Assembly: GCA_001179505.1 (NCBI GenBank)
Contig: CDMY01000542.1
Location: forward strand, 186,001 to 250,000
Length of the DNA stretch: 64,000 nucleotides
DNA from: Vitrella brassicaformis CCMP3155
Lineage: Eukaryota; Protista; Chromerida
Direction of reading: 5' to 3'
Of this stretch, positions 1-11,700 are shown piece after piece (the stretch's first letter is position 1; every line of letters starts with the position of its first letter). The notes under the pieces were generated by a model. That model made no database searches and was not told the origin of the DNA. It saw only the letters and a program-made list of their open reading frames with translations. Position numbers and translations under genes: made by a program.

Positions 1-130
1 TACATCCAGTTGGTGGCGCCTCTCATTGGGCAGCAGATCGTCGTCAAGGACAAGAACGGCAACCCGGTGCCCCCGCTCAGCCATCGGCATGGTCAAGTAC
101 CTCAGGAAGAGCCGGGTGGCTGAGGCGTCC
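1..130 (+). repeat. Dispersed repeat segment A (encodes a ..VAPL.GQ..KDKNGNPVP..MVKYL.KSRVA fragment)
   Basis: Close match to 57910-58040 (+) and to 30620-30720 (reverse complement). Confidence 0.8.
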
Positions 131-360
131 ATGCCATCGGAGGACACCACTAAGAAGGCAGTAAGATGGCAGAGCACGCCCTCAGAAAGTGATTCATCGA
201 CGTTCCTTGCGTGCGCTATCTTCAGCAGCAGCAGCAGCAGCACAAGTTGACGCTGGAAGAGGTGGTCACTCCCGAAATCATGGTGTGTTGATGTCAACTT
301 GTCAAGCCCAACTTAACGAGGACCACTCTTTGTTTGTTTGTTTGTTTGTGTGAGCTGTCA

Positions 361-1150
361 AAGCTCGGCCTGCGGGTCTAGACGGACAGCTCGGGCCAGC
401 CCATGACGGTTGGGGAGGGCATGTACGTCGTGTACCTCGAGTACACCGATGTGCCACCTGGCCAACACCCAGAAGACCGCCCCCGTTTTGTGGCCAAATT
501 CCTCAAGCGGCCCTCGTTCCCAGATTTTGTAAGTGAAGAACCTCATAGCTTGCCTGTGTTCTGATACATATGAGCGTCTGTCCTTCACCTTCAGGCCCAT
601 GAAGGCTTTAAGACGGTGCGACGCGCGGCCAACAAGTGGAAGGGCGAGCGCGCTACAAGCGCCAAGGAGACGGCACCCATCCGCCACCCGCCCATCCCGC
701 CAGCCTCCTGGATGGCCCCTGGGCTGAAGGAGCCGGCTGAGGAATGGAGCGGGTGGCCTCCAGCCGTCCTCCCCTTTCACAACACACACATCAACGTCCA
801 GACGGACAGCCGGGGTGTCGAGGGGCGTACCGTTGTGATAATGCCATTGATGGAGGGTGAGACAGCAGACGACACATGCAGCACTGCTTCTATACTTTCA
901 CCTTTCTTTGGTCAGGTACCTGGGACGGACTACAGCTGGGTGAAATCAGCGTTGCTGAGCTCAAGGGCCATTTCGCTACGGCGTTGAGAGGGCTACATTT
1001 CTATCAAGAGAGGGATGTATCCATTTTTGACGTCAAGGTAAGGAGACAAAGGCCACCAGATGAGCTTCGTTTGACCTTGTCTTAAGTGGCTCTCCGTCCC
1101 CCTTTGTGGCTGCCCAGGTTGACAATATGGGAATCTTCAAGGGCCAGTGA
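361..1150 (+). pseudogene. Atypical protein-kinase-like pseudogene (subdomains I-VIb), truncated by a repeat
   Basis: Hand-spliced: KLGLRV*TDSSGQPMTVGEGMYVVYLEY..VAKFLK..|AHEGF..IMPLME|GTWD..FATALRGLHFYQERDVSIFDVK|VDNMGIFKGQ*. There is an in-frame TAG at 379-381 and a GT-AG intron at 1038-1117. The sequence switches to a repeat shared with ~58060 before any DFG-equivalent motif. Confidence 0.7.
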
Positions 1151-2110
1151 TGTGGCAGGGGCGCCCACCACAAGAGACGGACAAGGCGGTCGAGCCGCAT
1201 GGCTGCGAAGGGGGAGGGAATGAGTGTACATGGGGCCATGGATGGGTGGATGGATGGATGAATGAACGGCAGCCACACGACAGCCACACGCCGTGACACA
1301 CAGGTGGATGGTGCACCTCTCTAGCTCTAGCCACACTTGCCTACAATGCATTCCAATGACGATTGATTGGTCGCCTGGATGGATGAGTTGTAGTTGTGCT
1401 TCTTTCTAGTGAGTGACGTGTGTGCGGTGTCCGTCTGCTGTGTGTGCTGCACGTTTGGCTGACCGACCGAGTTGTCGATGCCCTTTGTCTGTGTGTAATT
1501 TATGTCGTGAAGTGAGTGGAGTACCCGACTGTCGCCTTATCTCGGTAGTAAATGCCTTTTCTGTGATGCATTTGTCCGGCTGCGCTTGATTAATTGTGTG
1601 CACGTGAGAGCGTACATGTCCATGGAGAGGGGAGAGCGGCGACACGCCATACATACCTTCATGCATCATTACCTACGTGTGTCCATCCATTTGTGTGTGA
1701 GAGAGAGAGAGAGAGCGTCCGTCCGTCCATGTGCATACGAGAGAGCGCGGCGGCTTTAGTCCCATCCATAGTTCATGAGGCCATCTGTGTACGGGGAGTG
1801 TGCTGTGGGATGGCTGTGAGACAGCAGCTTACATGGGAGAGAGCGCCTCGGCGAGTGTGTGGTCTGCCGAAGTTTTTGTTAGTGAGAGAGCGAAGCTCGT
1901 GTTTGTATGTCGCCCAACCAGCGGGGTTGTGTGTGTCTGAGGGAGGGGTGAATGGGAGGGTGGCGTGTGTGGCGGCAGAGAGGCCTTTCGTCTTTCGTTG
2001 CCTACATTTTATATTCGGATGTCAGCGTTGGCACAGCGGCATACGTACGGCGGTTTTGCTACTAGATGAATGAAACATCTGGACAGAGGAGACGAAATGA
2101 CTGGCCACGT
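1145..2110. repeat. Mosaic of segments of the 30-58 kb repeat family
   Basis: 1145-1260 matches ~58060-58180. 1560-1665 is the reverse complement of ~32580-32680. 1840-2100 matches ~52650-52700 and 52960-53100. Confidence 0.75.
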
Positions 2111-2175
2111 GTCACACACAATCCTGGGCCCACACACGCCGACGTATCCATCCATCAGTCCATTCATACCCAGGC

Positions 2176-2530
2176 ATGCACGATGTCTCTTTCACATGTC
2201 TCTCTATATTGTATTGTGTGCGAGTACGAGTTGCGGAGAGCGGCGACGCATTCGAAAGGCTCCGGGAGACCAATGTCAATGTCCGTCGGCTCGTCGGCGT
2301 ACACGCAATGCATCGCACCCAGGCAGCTGCATACACAAAACAGACACATGCAAGGGGACGGCTCAATGCCGGGCTCATTCAAATTTCATTACAGAACCTG
2401 GCATTCGGGGTTGAACTTTGCCAGAATGGGGTTGACATCTGCACGGGCTGCCGAAGGCGGCGGTGTGTCATGACCCTTGCTGAGTACTTCCTGTCATCAT
2501 CATGAAAGAGCTGCTGATAGAGACATTTTT
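2176..2530 (-). pseudogene. Partial, frameshifted duplicate of exons 1-2 of the neighbouring secreted-protein gene
   Basis: Retains DVNPILAKFNPECQ|LPGCD and CVYADEPTDIDIGLPEP. It has a frameshifting insertion in exon 1 (three in-frame TGA upstream) and a 26-nt deletion in exon 2 relative to 3540-3944. Confidence 0.8.
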
Positions 2531-2879
2531 ATGGTGATAATGGAAGTGACGGGCTTCGGTATTTGTTGACATTGAGCCGTGTCGTGTCTCGCGATCAGTC
2601 GCCCGACACACATTCGTAAATGTTTGTCAGCGAAAGTAAGAGCAAGGCAGCGCATGCATCGGCAGCCACACATGCCTTCGAAAAGTGAACGGGCGAAAAA
2701 GAAAGCGAGAAAAAAGAAAAGGGACACAATCTCACGGGCCACGTCATGTCAATCAATATGTGTGGGGCGTCCGTCCGATCCAAGCTGCAGCCGAATGAGG
2801 GCGAGAGAAAGACAGTACATCTCACTGTGTTTAGACGAGAACGCGGGTGATCGATGGCTCTGTCCATCTCTTACCTTCT

Positions 2880-3944
2880 TCACTTCTTTTTGTGCTTTTT
2901 CTGCGCCTTCTGCGGTCGGCTCGCCTCCATGTCCAGGATCGCATCGAGCGATTCCTTACTCGGCTCGCTCGACTTGGGGCACAGGTTGGCAAAGCTGAGC
3001 GTGCAAGGGTGCTCGTCGATGTCGAAATCGCAGACAAAGTCGGCAAGAGTCACGGATTCTTCGCCTTCGTCGGCAATAGAGCGGATGGTGCCGGTGTAGT
3101 ACTTGTCAAACAGAGACTCGCCCTGATCACGGTTGCACCGCCGTACCTTGCACACCCCCTTTTTCTTCTGAGCTTGTTCTTCTGGGGTGAGGCAGAATTT
3201 GAATGATGCGATTTCTTTGTCGTCGCAGGCCCAGTTGCAAGATGGCGCACATTTGGCACTGACGGGCAGGGAGCATTGCACGTCTCGCTTGTCGGCAGGG
3301 TCAAGTTTGGGCTTGAAGAGGCAGTGGGGGCTCTCGCTGTGAGGTTCGATGGGAGACAGACAGAACAGATACGTGACCAATGGATACATTCAATGGATCG
3401 TACACAAAAGCGTCCTCATCACATGTCGGTAAGACATCACACCTGTGGGGTTCGAAGATCTTGCCGGGGAAGAGCTCCAGCTTCTCCCTGCAACGCATCC
3501 ATTCACACAAAGAATACCCAGGCATGCACGATGTCTCTTTCACATGTCTCTCTCATATGTGTGTGAGTACGAGTTGCAGAGAGCGGCGACGCATTCGAGA
3601 GGCTCCGGGAGACCAATGTCAATGTCCGTCGGCTCGTCGGCGTACACGCAATGCTCATGCGCAGCTATCTCGGCGGCCGCATCGCACCCAGGCAGCTGCA
3701 TACACAAAACAGACACATGCAAGCAAGAAGGCATATAGAAGGCATATCAAGAAAACAGGCGACGGCTCATTAATGACACAACCTGGCATTCGGGGTTGAA
3801 CTTTGCCAGAATGGGGTTGACATCTGGCTCCGCTAGCTGCGGTGCGTCATGACACTTGCTGTCATCATGATGATGGAGCTGCTCGGCGGCAGCACCCTTC
3901 ACGATGAGCACCAGGACGGAAAATGCCACATACAGCATTGTCAT
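2880..3944 (-). CDS. Secreted cysteine-rich protein of unknown function (4 exons, ~265 aa)
   Basis: Signal-peptide-like MTMLYVAFSVLVLIVKGAAA|EQ. GT-AG introns join in phase: ..NPECQ|LPGCD..ALCNS|EKLELFPGKIFEPHS|ESPHCLF..KKHKKK*. Confidence 0.7.
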
Positions 3945-4340
3945 GTGCCGGCAGCCTTGTTTGCAATGGGCGGCCAAGTTGGCGAACTGCAGCGGTTTCT
4001 GGGAGCACCCTAGGCGGCCTGGCGGCCAAGTCCCCTGTTGGTCTGTCCAACATGAAAACACGCACCCTAACATGCAACCCGGACACGCAACACGCAGCAC
4101 GCAGAGGGCAGACGCAGCAAACAGGAGGATGTGCAATGCGCTGCGAACGACGGCAACATACAGGCAGGCACACAACGTCGCACACACGCCAACCCAGCAG
4201 CAGCTTGAAGGCGGCGTGCATGCGTGCATCCTGCACCATGACTCCATACGTAGATACCGCCCATCCCCAGGTGGCGAACTGAAGTTGCGAGCTTAGCCGA
4301 GCAAAGGGGAAGCCACAGATCGTCGTCCCCTTCCCAGATC

Positions 4341-6327
4341 ATGCTGCCTATCCGCACGCCTGTCGGATTGTCAGGTCTCACAGCTGCAGCTGCCCTCCGG
4401 AGAGCTCCGGTTGCTGTCCAGCGAAGATGGCACCACCCTGATCTAACAAAGGCAAGGAGGCAAGGAATGAACCTGGGGAATGAATGAATGCACGACAGAT
4501 GAGCGAGCTGACACACCTGATCTGCTGTGCTGTGCGAATGCTGTCCTGTTGATACACTTCAGCTCAAGGGGTGGAAGAGTGTCGAGAAGGAATCAAGCAT
4601 CCCACACACAGCTGCTGAGAGGGAAGCACAGCATGCACTCAAGATGGGGCTGCCAGGGGCGTCGAGCATCACCGACAAGTCCATTCCCACCTTCTCGAGA
4701 GGGGAGCTGCCTCACTTTGCCGGCATCCTGACGTTCATGAAGGCGCCTTATGTCGAGGACATCACGCAGGTGGGCAAGTACGATGCTGCCGTGGTCGGTG
4801 CGCCGTTTGACGGCGGAACTACGTACAGATCTGGGGCAAGGTGAGCCTCAATCAAGACAGATCTGCCATTACTGAATGTGACGCGATTGATGTGTTACTT
4901 TGGTGGTGGTTGTCCTGCAGATTTGGGCCGCAGGGCATCAGGAAGATATCTGCCTTGTACTCACCATACAACTTCGGTATCAAGGGCACAGGCACACACA
5001 CACACACACACACACACACGCTCACTGCTCAGTCCATGCACTTTTTTGTTGTCTGCCTGCTTTCCGTTACTTTCTTATCAGAGTTGGGTGTCGATCTGCG
5101 CGAGCAAATGTCACTGTGCGACTGTGGCGACATATTCAAGTAAGACAGGCTGCTGAGAGAGAAAGCGAAACGAGAGCTGTGTAAGGCTCTGTGTTCCTCC
5201 TTGTGTCAGCATCCCTGCCAACATCGGTACTATACATCAGTCACGCAATCTAGACACGCCATCTGTCCTTTCTCTGCTCTCATTCGCACACGTGTGTGTA
5301 TGTGCAGAGAAGACCTTCGACCAGATCACCAATGCGGTCGGGCACATCGCGCAGAGCGGCGCCATGCCGGTAGTGCTGGGTGGCGATCACTCGATAGGCT
5401 TCCCGACTGTGCGTGGGGTGGCGGCATGCACAAGCAAAAAGATCGGCATCATCCACATCGACAGACACCTCGACATATCGGTCAGCCGGCCGTCAGTAAT
5501 GACCACACCCTCACACAGGATGCCGAGAGTGCTCATATCCGTGATATGCGCTGTCATTAATGTCATCAGGAGAAGGATCACGATGAGAGAATGCACACCA
5601 CGCCATTGTAAGATCAAGACACGACAACACGAGAGAGCACGTATGCCTCTATGTGTGTGCTTGGCTTGTATCAGTTTCCACGCGACGAACATCCCAAATG
5701 TGCCCGCCAAGAATCTGGTGCAAGTGGGCATCGGGGGCTGGCTCGTCGACCGCAGTGCCTTCCCTGTCATACGCGAGCGCCGCCCCACCATCTTCACCAT
5801 ACAAGACATTCAGGAATACGGACCTGAAAAGGTATCCAGACGCACAAACATCGATCGATCATCCGTGCGTGTGTGTGTGTGTGTGTCGATGTGTTTGTGG
5901 GTCAGGTGATGGAGATGGCGTTGGACAGGGCGTGGGATGGAGTGGATGCCGTCTGGCTGTCATACGACATCGACTCCATTGAGGCCGCATTCGTGCCCGG
6001 CACTGGCACTCCCGAACCGGGCGGACTGCTGCCCAGAGAAGCACTCAAAATGGTGAGTGAGGGGAGAGATGTCATGACAACAGACACGAGCACTCGGTGC
6101 TCACGCTGTGTGTGTGTGTGTGTGTGTGTGTCGATTAGGTGAGTATGGCTGCGCGGGAGGGCATATGCGGCATGGAGATTGTGGAGGTTTCCCCGCCTTA
6201 CGACCATGCGGACATCACCTCGTTGATGGCGCTGCGCATCGTGGTGGAGGTGCTGGGCAGCCTGGTGTCCTGCGGCAAGATGGGTGCACACAAACACATA
6301 CTGGACAGGGAATTCAAACCATTCTGA
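4341..6327 (+). CDS. Ureohydrolase (arginase/agmatinase fold) of the guanidine-hydrolase-like subgroup, with a probable mitochondrial presequence
   Basis: Metal ligands GGDHS, DRHLD and YDIDS are present. IPTFSRGELPHFAG, ELGVDLREQ, DERMHTTPFFHATN, PGTGTPEPGG and VEVSPPYD resemble bacterial GdmH-type enzymes (from recall). Multi-exon; stop at 6325-6327. Confidence 0.93.
5835..5890. repeat. Example of an intronic (TG)n microsatellite typical of introns across the window
   Basis: (TG)n/(CA)n, (GACA)n and (GGAT)n tracts recur in many introns of the conserved genes. Confidence 0.9.
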
Positions 6328-6753
6328 CACATGTAATGACACGTGTGCATGCGGCTGAGCGATGATCATACGGTGGCTACGTGGAAGCAAGGCCGCTTTT
6401 TCGGCCCTTCCCTGCCAATAAGGACAGCTGTCTCTGTATTTTGAGACGAGGGTTGTATGAGTCTGTTGGCCTTTGTTGATTACGTGGGTGTGTCGTCAGC
6501 TGTTATGGAGTTTGCCCTTTGCCCTTAATGGACCACGCTCACTTCACTTGTCTATGATCATGGATGTGCTCTGATGCCTCCCTGATGTGTGTCCTTCACA
6601 CACATGCACGTCAAAGGAAGGCGCCACCGAGACTCGGTATCCACCGAGACTCGGTATTCACATGAATCGAATGTCTGTACAAGGGATCATCAATACGACA
6701 CATACTCCCTCCCTATATCGACACATCCCTCACATGCAATATCTGCACACAAG

Positions 6754-8494
6754 TCACGTTGTCGTTTTGACCCCCGCCAGATTGCTGGCATACTCAGCTA
6801 CCTGGTTGCATGCTGGGCACCGCAGCGCCTTCCCGCGCCTGCGTTTGCGGCACATGTCCTCCCAGCATGACTCACAGACACACTGCTGCATACAGGGGAA
6901 GAAACACACTGTGGGCAGCCGATCCAGGCACACCACACACGTGCCCTTCCGCCTCTCCGCCTCCCCCAGCAGCTGGCTCAAGCTACGCTGCTTCTCGATT
7001 ATCTCCTCTTTGAAGCCTTCGATGGCAGCAGAATCGCCGCTCCGAAACAGCAGGGTGCCAACACTCAGTCTGATGCGTGCACACACAAAGGGAGGCATAT
7101 GCATGGCTGAATCGGGCCGTGTCTCTTTGTGTGTTGTACCTGTCGTCAGCCACTTGCTCGATCTCATCGCGTTTCTTCTGTAGCGACACAACCAAGGTCT
7201 TCTGCAGGGCCGTCTGGTCCGCTTGTGCAGAAAGCGCATCTATCAGGCCGCACACACAGTGACAGACGGGGAGTAAGGCACACATGCACACACATCCAGG
7301 GAGTACTCACCGGCGGGTCTCGGTCATGAGTTTGGCAACCGTCTGCCGCTGCTGCTGCTCCGCTGGCGACGATGACACGCTCAACCCCCTGCATGTGCCA
7401 TGCACATTTGTCGGCGTGTCCTTGTGAGGTTGGAGTGGACTCACCGTGTATCGTCGTATCCGTCCCTTGGCATGGCGACAGCCGCATCGTAGAGCTTCTG
7501 CAGCCGAGTGGCTTCATCGCGGATGCGTGAGCAGAAACGATCTACTTCATCTGATGTCGTCGTGGCGATCAACGAGGCACGCGTCAACCTGCAAACGTAC
7601 AATAAGTGGCCAGCACAGTGGCCATTGGTACCCGTCTGAATACCCCTTTTGAATGATCGCACGACAGCACTCCTCATGGTACACGCTGATCGAGGAAGGA
7701 GACACACACGTGCGAACGGCCAGCGAGATGTGTGTGCGACCATGACGGCGTAGCGTACGCAAGTATGGTATCAACGGCCTCCTCCGCCAATGAAGAGATG
7801 TCGAGGTCATCGTTGACCACCATGAGGGCGCACAAAGGCTCAACACAGCCGCACTGAACCGCCTGCCGCACCTGAATAGACACAGACACCCCTTGTGGTT
7901 TCTTGTGTCCTTGATGGATGCGGCACTTGCCTGAGTGGTGTGTCTGGGTGTCCCCTTGTCCGCCGGCGATGGCAGAACTATGACATTCTTGATGGCCGTG
8001 AGAGCCAGCTTCTTGGCGGTCGACAGCACTCGTGCAGCGGCGAGAACCGTCGTCGACGGCCGCTCGCTGTCAGTGGTACAGGCATCTCGCAGAATGTCCA
8101 GCAGAGGCGTCAGCGCCGTGTCAAGGATCCGCCGCCGCGACTCAGGCTGACTTTGGATGATGAAACCCATCGCCACCAAGGCGTGCTCTCGCACCACGCC
8201 GCTAGAGGACGACAAGAGCTCCGTCAAGACGGAAAGGGCCCCAGCTCTGACGACTGCTGTAGGCTGCTCCGCTGCGATGTAGCTGAGGGCCTTTGCCGCC
8301 TCCTGCTGCAGGTCAGGCCGGTCGCGGATCTTGCACAACTTGATAAGCACCGGCACCACACCGGCCTTCACGAGCCGCTGGGTTAGCACCTTCCCATCGA
8401 TGGACAGATATTCGCCCAGCTGCTGTGTGGCGCTGAAGCGGCGGCTGTGGTCGTCCCTATGGAGTGCGTCAACGAGGTCATCTATCAAAGCCAT
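6754..8494 (-). CDS. Armadillo-repeat (importin-alpha-like) protein with C-terminal RING finger, probable E3 ligase
   Basis: ARM-like helices (AGVVPVLIKL..DLQQEAAKALSYIA..GALSVLTELLSS..VREHALVAMGFI) and RING CVVC..PCMQQCVCESC..CPAC. Internal exon boundaries are only partly resolved. Confidence 0.7.
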
Positions 8495-8759
8495 GCGGCC
8501 AGAACGATGAGGGCCGGCTGCATCTGCCGCATCCAGATCTTGCCTCAGATCTTGCCTCAGATCTCAAGGTACGCGCCTGAATCGACGAAACAAGAAACGC
8601 GCTTCAACCATATGTGCAGGGGTGCTGCGCAGAAGCTTCCTCTTACCCTTGTGGCCTGCGGCGTCAACTCGACGATCGGAAGACGGGGGCATCTGGGGGT
8701 CTGCATGCACCGTTCACGACGACCACGAGAAAGGCAATAGGAGCGTCTGATTCATCACC

Positions 8760-11700
8760 ATGGCAGATGAACAGAAGCCCGCCGAGGAGCTGCCGCCGCC
8801 AGCAGAGGCCGAACACACAGAGGCTGAAGCTCCTCCCTCACTCCAGGACACTTTGGCAGACACTGGCAAGTCCAAGCTGTGGCAGCTGGACGAAGTCTTC
8901 TACTATGATGACGGCATCGATGACACCGACCTGTACCCCAACCAGTGCACCGCTGATGCCACCCTGCCGCCGCCAGTCAGCGCTGAGAATGAGGTGGACG
9001 GCGGTCTGGCCTATCTTTCACGAGCTATGGGCTTTGATTTTGCAAAGCGGTGCAACCTGGTGTTCCTCTCAAACGATGAATTCGCGTACTCGACAGGGAG
9101 GACGGTCCGCATTTGCTCACTCAAGGATCCCTGGGGCAAGGAGCACACACGAAAAGGGCGACAGAAGCATTTGTATGGCCGCGATGATGGAGGCATCGGG
9201 GCGCTGGCCGTCAACCCCTCCGCCAAGTACCTTGCTGTGGCTGAGAAGTCCACCTCCCGCACCCCGTGTGTGTACATCTACGAGCTGCCCTCTCTCAAGC
9301 TCTACCGCATCCTCCGCAAAGGCACGGCAAGGGAATATGTCGGCGCCGCCTTCTCGCCACACGACCCCCGCACACTCGCAACCGTCGGCAGCGCTCCCGA
9401 CTTTCTGCTCACAGTGTGGGATTGGCCGAGCGAGCGGATCGTGCTCAAGTTCAAGGCCTTTTCTCAGGAGGTGTATCGGCTCGGCTGGTCGGTGCAGATA
9501 CCGGGGACGCTGACGACGTGTGGCACGGGTCACATTCGGTTTTGGAGGGTGGCGCAGACCTTCACGGGCCTCAAGCTGCAGGGCGACATTGGGAAGTTCG
9601 GCCAGACGGAGCTGTCGGATATCAGCGGATTCCAGGAGCTGCCCGACGGGAAGATCGTATCTACGACGGAATATGGCAAGCTCCTTCTGTGGGAGGTGAG
9701 ACAGGCAGAGAGTGAGAGAGAGGGAGAAAGAGATATGGGCTCTCCCTCTGTGTGCGTGTGTGTGTGTGTCTGTGTCTGCTCCAGGGCATGTTTGTGAAGA
9801 CTGACCTGCTGCGTGCGGTGGATGAAGGCGAGTCTGCCATGTGCCATGATGGAGCCATCCACTACCTCTGTCTGGACCCCTTGGACACTTCCCTTATCAT
9901 ATCGACGGGCAGCGACGGCTATCTCAGATGGTAGGTAACGAGACGAGACACTCGATGTAGTGCAGCCAGACGCACAAGTAAATGCTGACTTTTTGGTCAG
10001 GTGGTCGGTGAATGAGATTGACAGCGCAGAGGCCCCGGAGGACAGCATCGACTGTGCCATCCACTGCGTCAAAGAACTCCAAATACCTGAGGGTCGGTCT
10101 GTCACTGCCAGCCAGACAAAAAACACATGGATCACGTCTCTCTCTGCGTGTGTCCGTCTGTCTATCTCTGTATCAGGTGCCGACATCACCTACATAGTGT
10201 ACCCGCCATGCCTCTTCCCCCGCCCTCCGCCCCCAGAGGAAGAACAGCCCATGATGGACATCGAGACCCCCACCGATGCAGCCCCAGCCGAGGCACAGCC
10301 GGACGGTGCTGACAACAGCGAGGAGAAAGCCGCTGCTGAGCCGGCCAAGGAAGGGGACAATGAAGAGGAGGAGGCGGAAAAACTTGGTGAGGTGGACAGG
10401 AGTGCGCTGCCGTGGATACTGCAAGACAGCGGGGGCAGCAGTGGGCGCCTGTGGCTCTACTACCCCGATTCAGGGAACGTGGAGAAGGTAGGAAGGGTGA
10501 CGCACACGGTAGAAGACATGTATGTCTCTCATGGTTGGCGCGATTGCCTCAGCTGATGGATTTCCACTCGTCATCGATTATCGGTGTGCAAACGGTGCCG
10601 TCAGCCCCGGGGCTGCTCTTGACTGCCGGCCACGAAGGCGCACTCAGAACATGGTCAGTCGACGCAACCATCACATTGTGCACCGGTGTCTCTGAGATGC
10701 AGCGCTTCCATTTCTCTGACAGGAACTACACAATGGAGGCCCCGTCTCTGTCGGCCATCGAGCGCTCCTGGCCCACACACATTACTTGTTTCGCAGAAGC
10801 ATTCCCAGCAGAGGAGCAGCCAGCCGGCCTCTGCGCAGTCGGCTTTTCGGACGGTGTGGTGCGGGTGGTGTGTGTGCGGTCGAATGGCATCGAGCTCATT
10901 CAGGCCTTCAAGCCGCATTCTTGTCCTGTGGTCGCTGCCGCATACTCGCCGGACCGTACGAATGACAGTGGATATCGGCACAGACCCACGAAATTGCGCC
11001 GCTTTTCTCTCTGATTTCCAGATGCCATTTTCGCCTCGGCTGGTGAGGATCGGTCCATATTCTTCATGAGCCGGCACGACAAGTCGCCCTTTTACAGGCC
11101 GATAGGCTTTGTAGCCCCCGACAGCCGACCACCCTTTGATCCATCAGCAACCGAGGCGCGCATCGTCGGCCTGGTGTGGAGCCCCGACTCGCGACGGCTC
11201 TTCGTCAAGCAAAACTTCGACGGCATTGTGGAGATCGTCCGGTCGCAGAGCGACCAGTACGACAACGCCGAGAGCTTCGATATCGCCGGCTCGATGGACT
11301 TCAGGTGGATCTCTCCAAACCTGATCATGCCCACACCCACAGAGGAGGAGGAAGAGGATAACGAGGGAGAGGAAGGCGCCCAAAACAACGAGAGAGACAT
11401 GGCCAAGTCGGTCAGGTCAGCCAAGTCGGTCAGATCAGCAGCCAGGTCCGTCAGGTCGGCCAAGTCGGGTGCCAGGTCTGAGCGAGCGCGGCAAGAGGAG
11501 GAAGAGGATGAAGATGAGGACCACCCCGCGGCCAGACGGCCTGCGTCGTGGGTGACGCAGGCCGTGTACCTCGATGAGAACGTGGTCCTCTTCACTGGCA
11601 CGGGGGCATATCAGGAGGCCGTTTGGCGGTGCCACGTCACTGCAGTGCCGTCATCAAGAGCAATGGACGTCAGGAATGTAAGCAACACAGAGAGACACGG

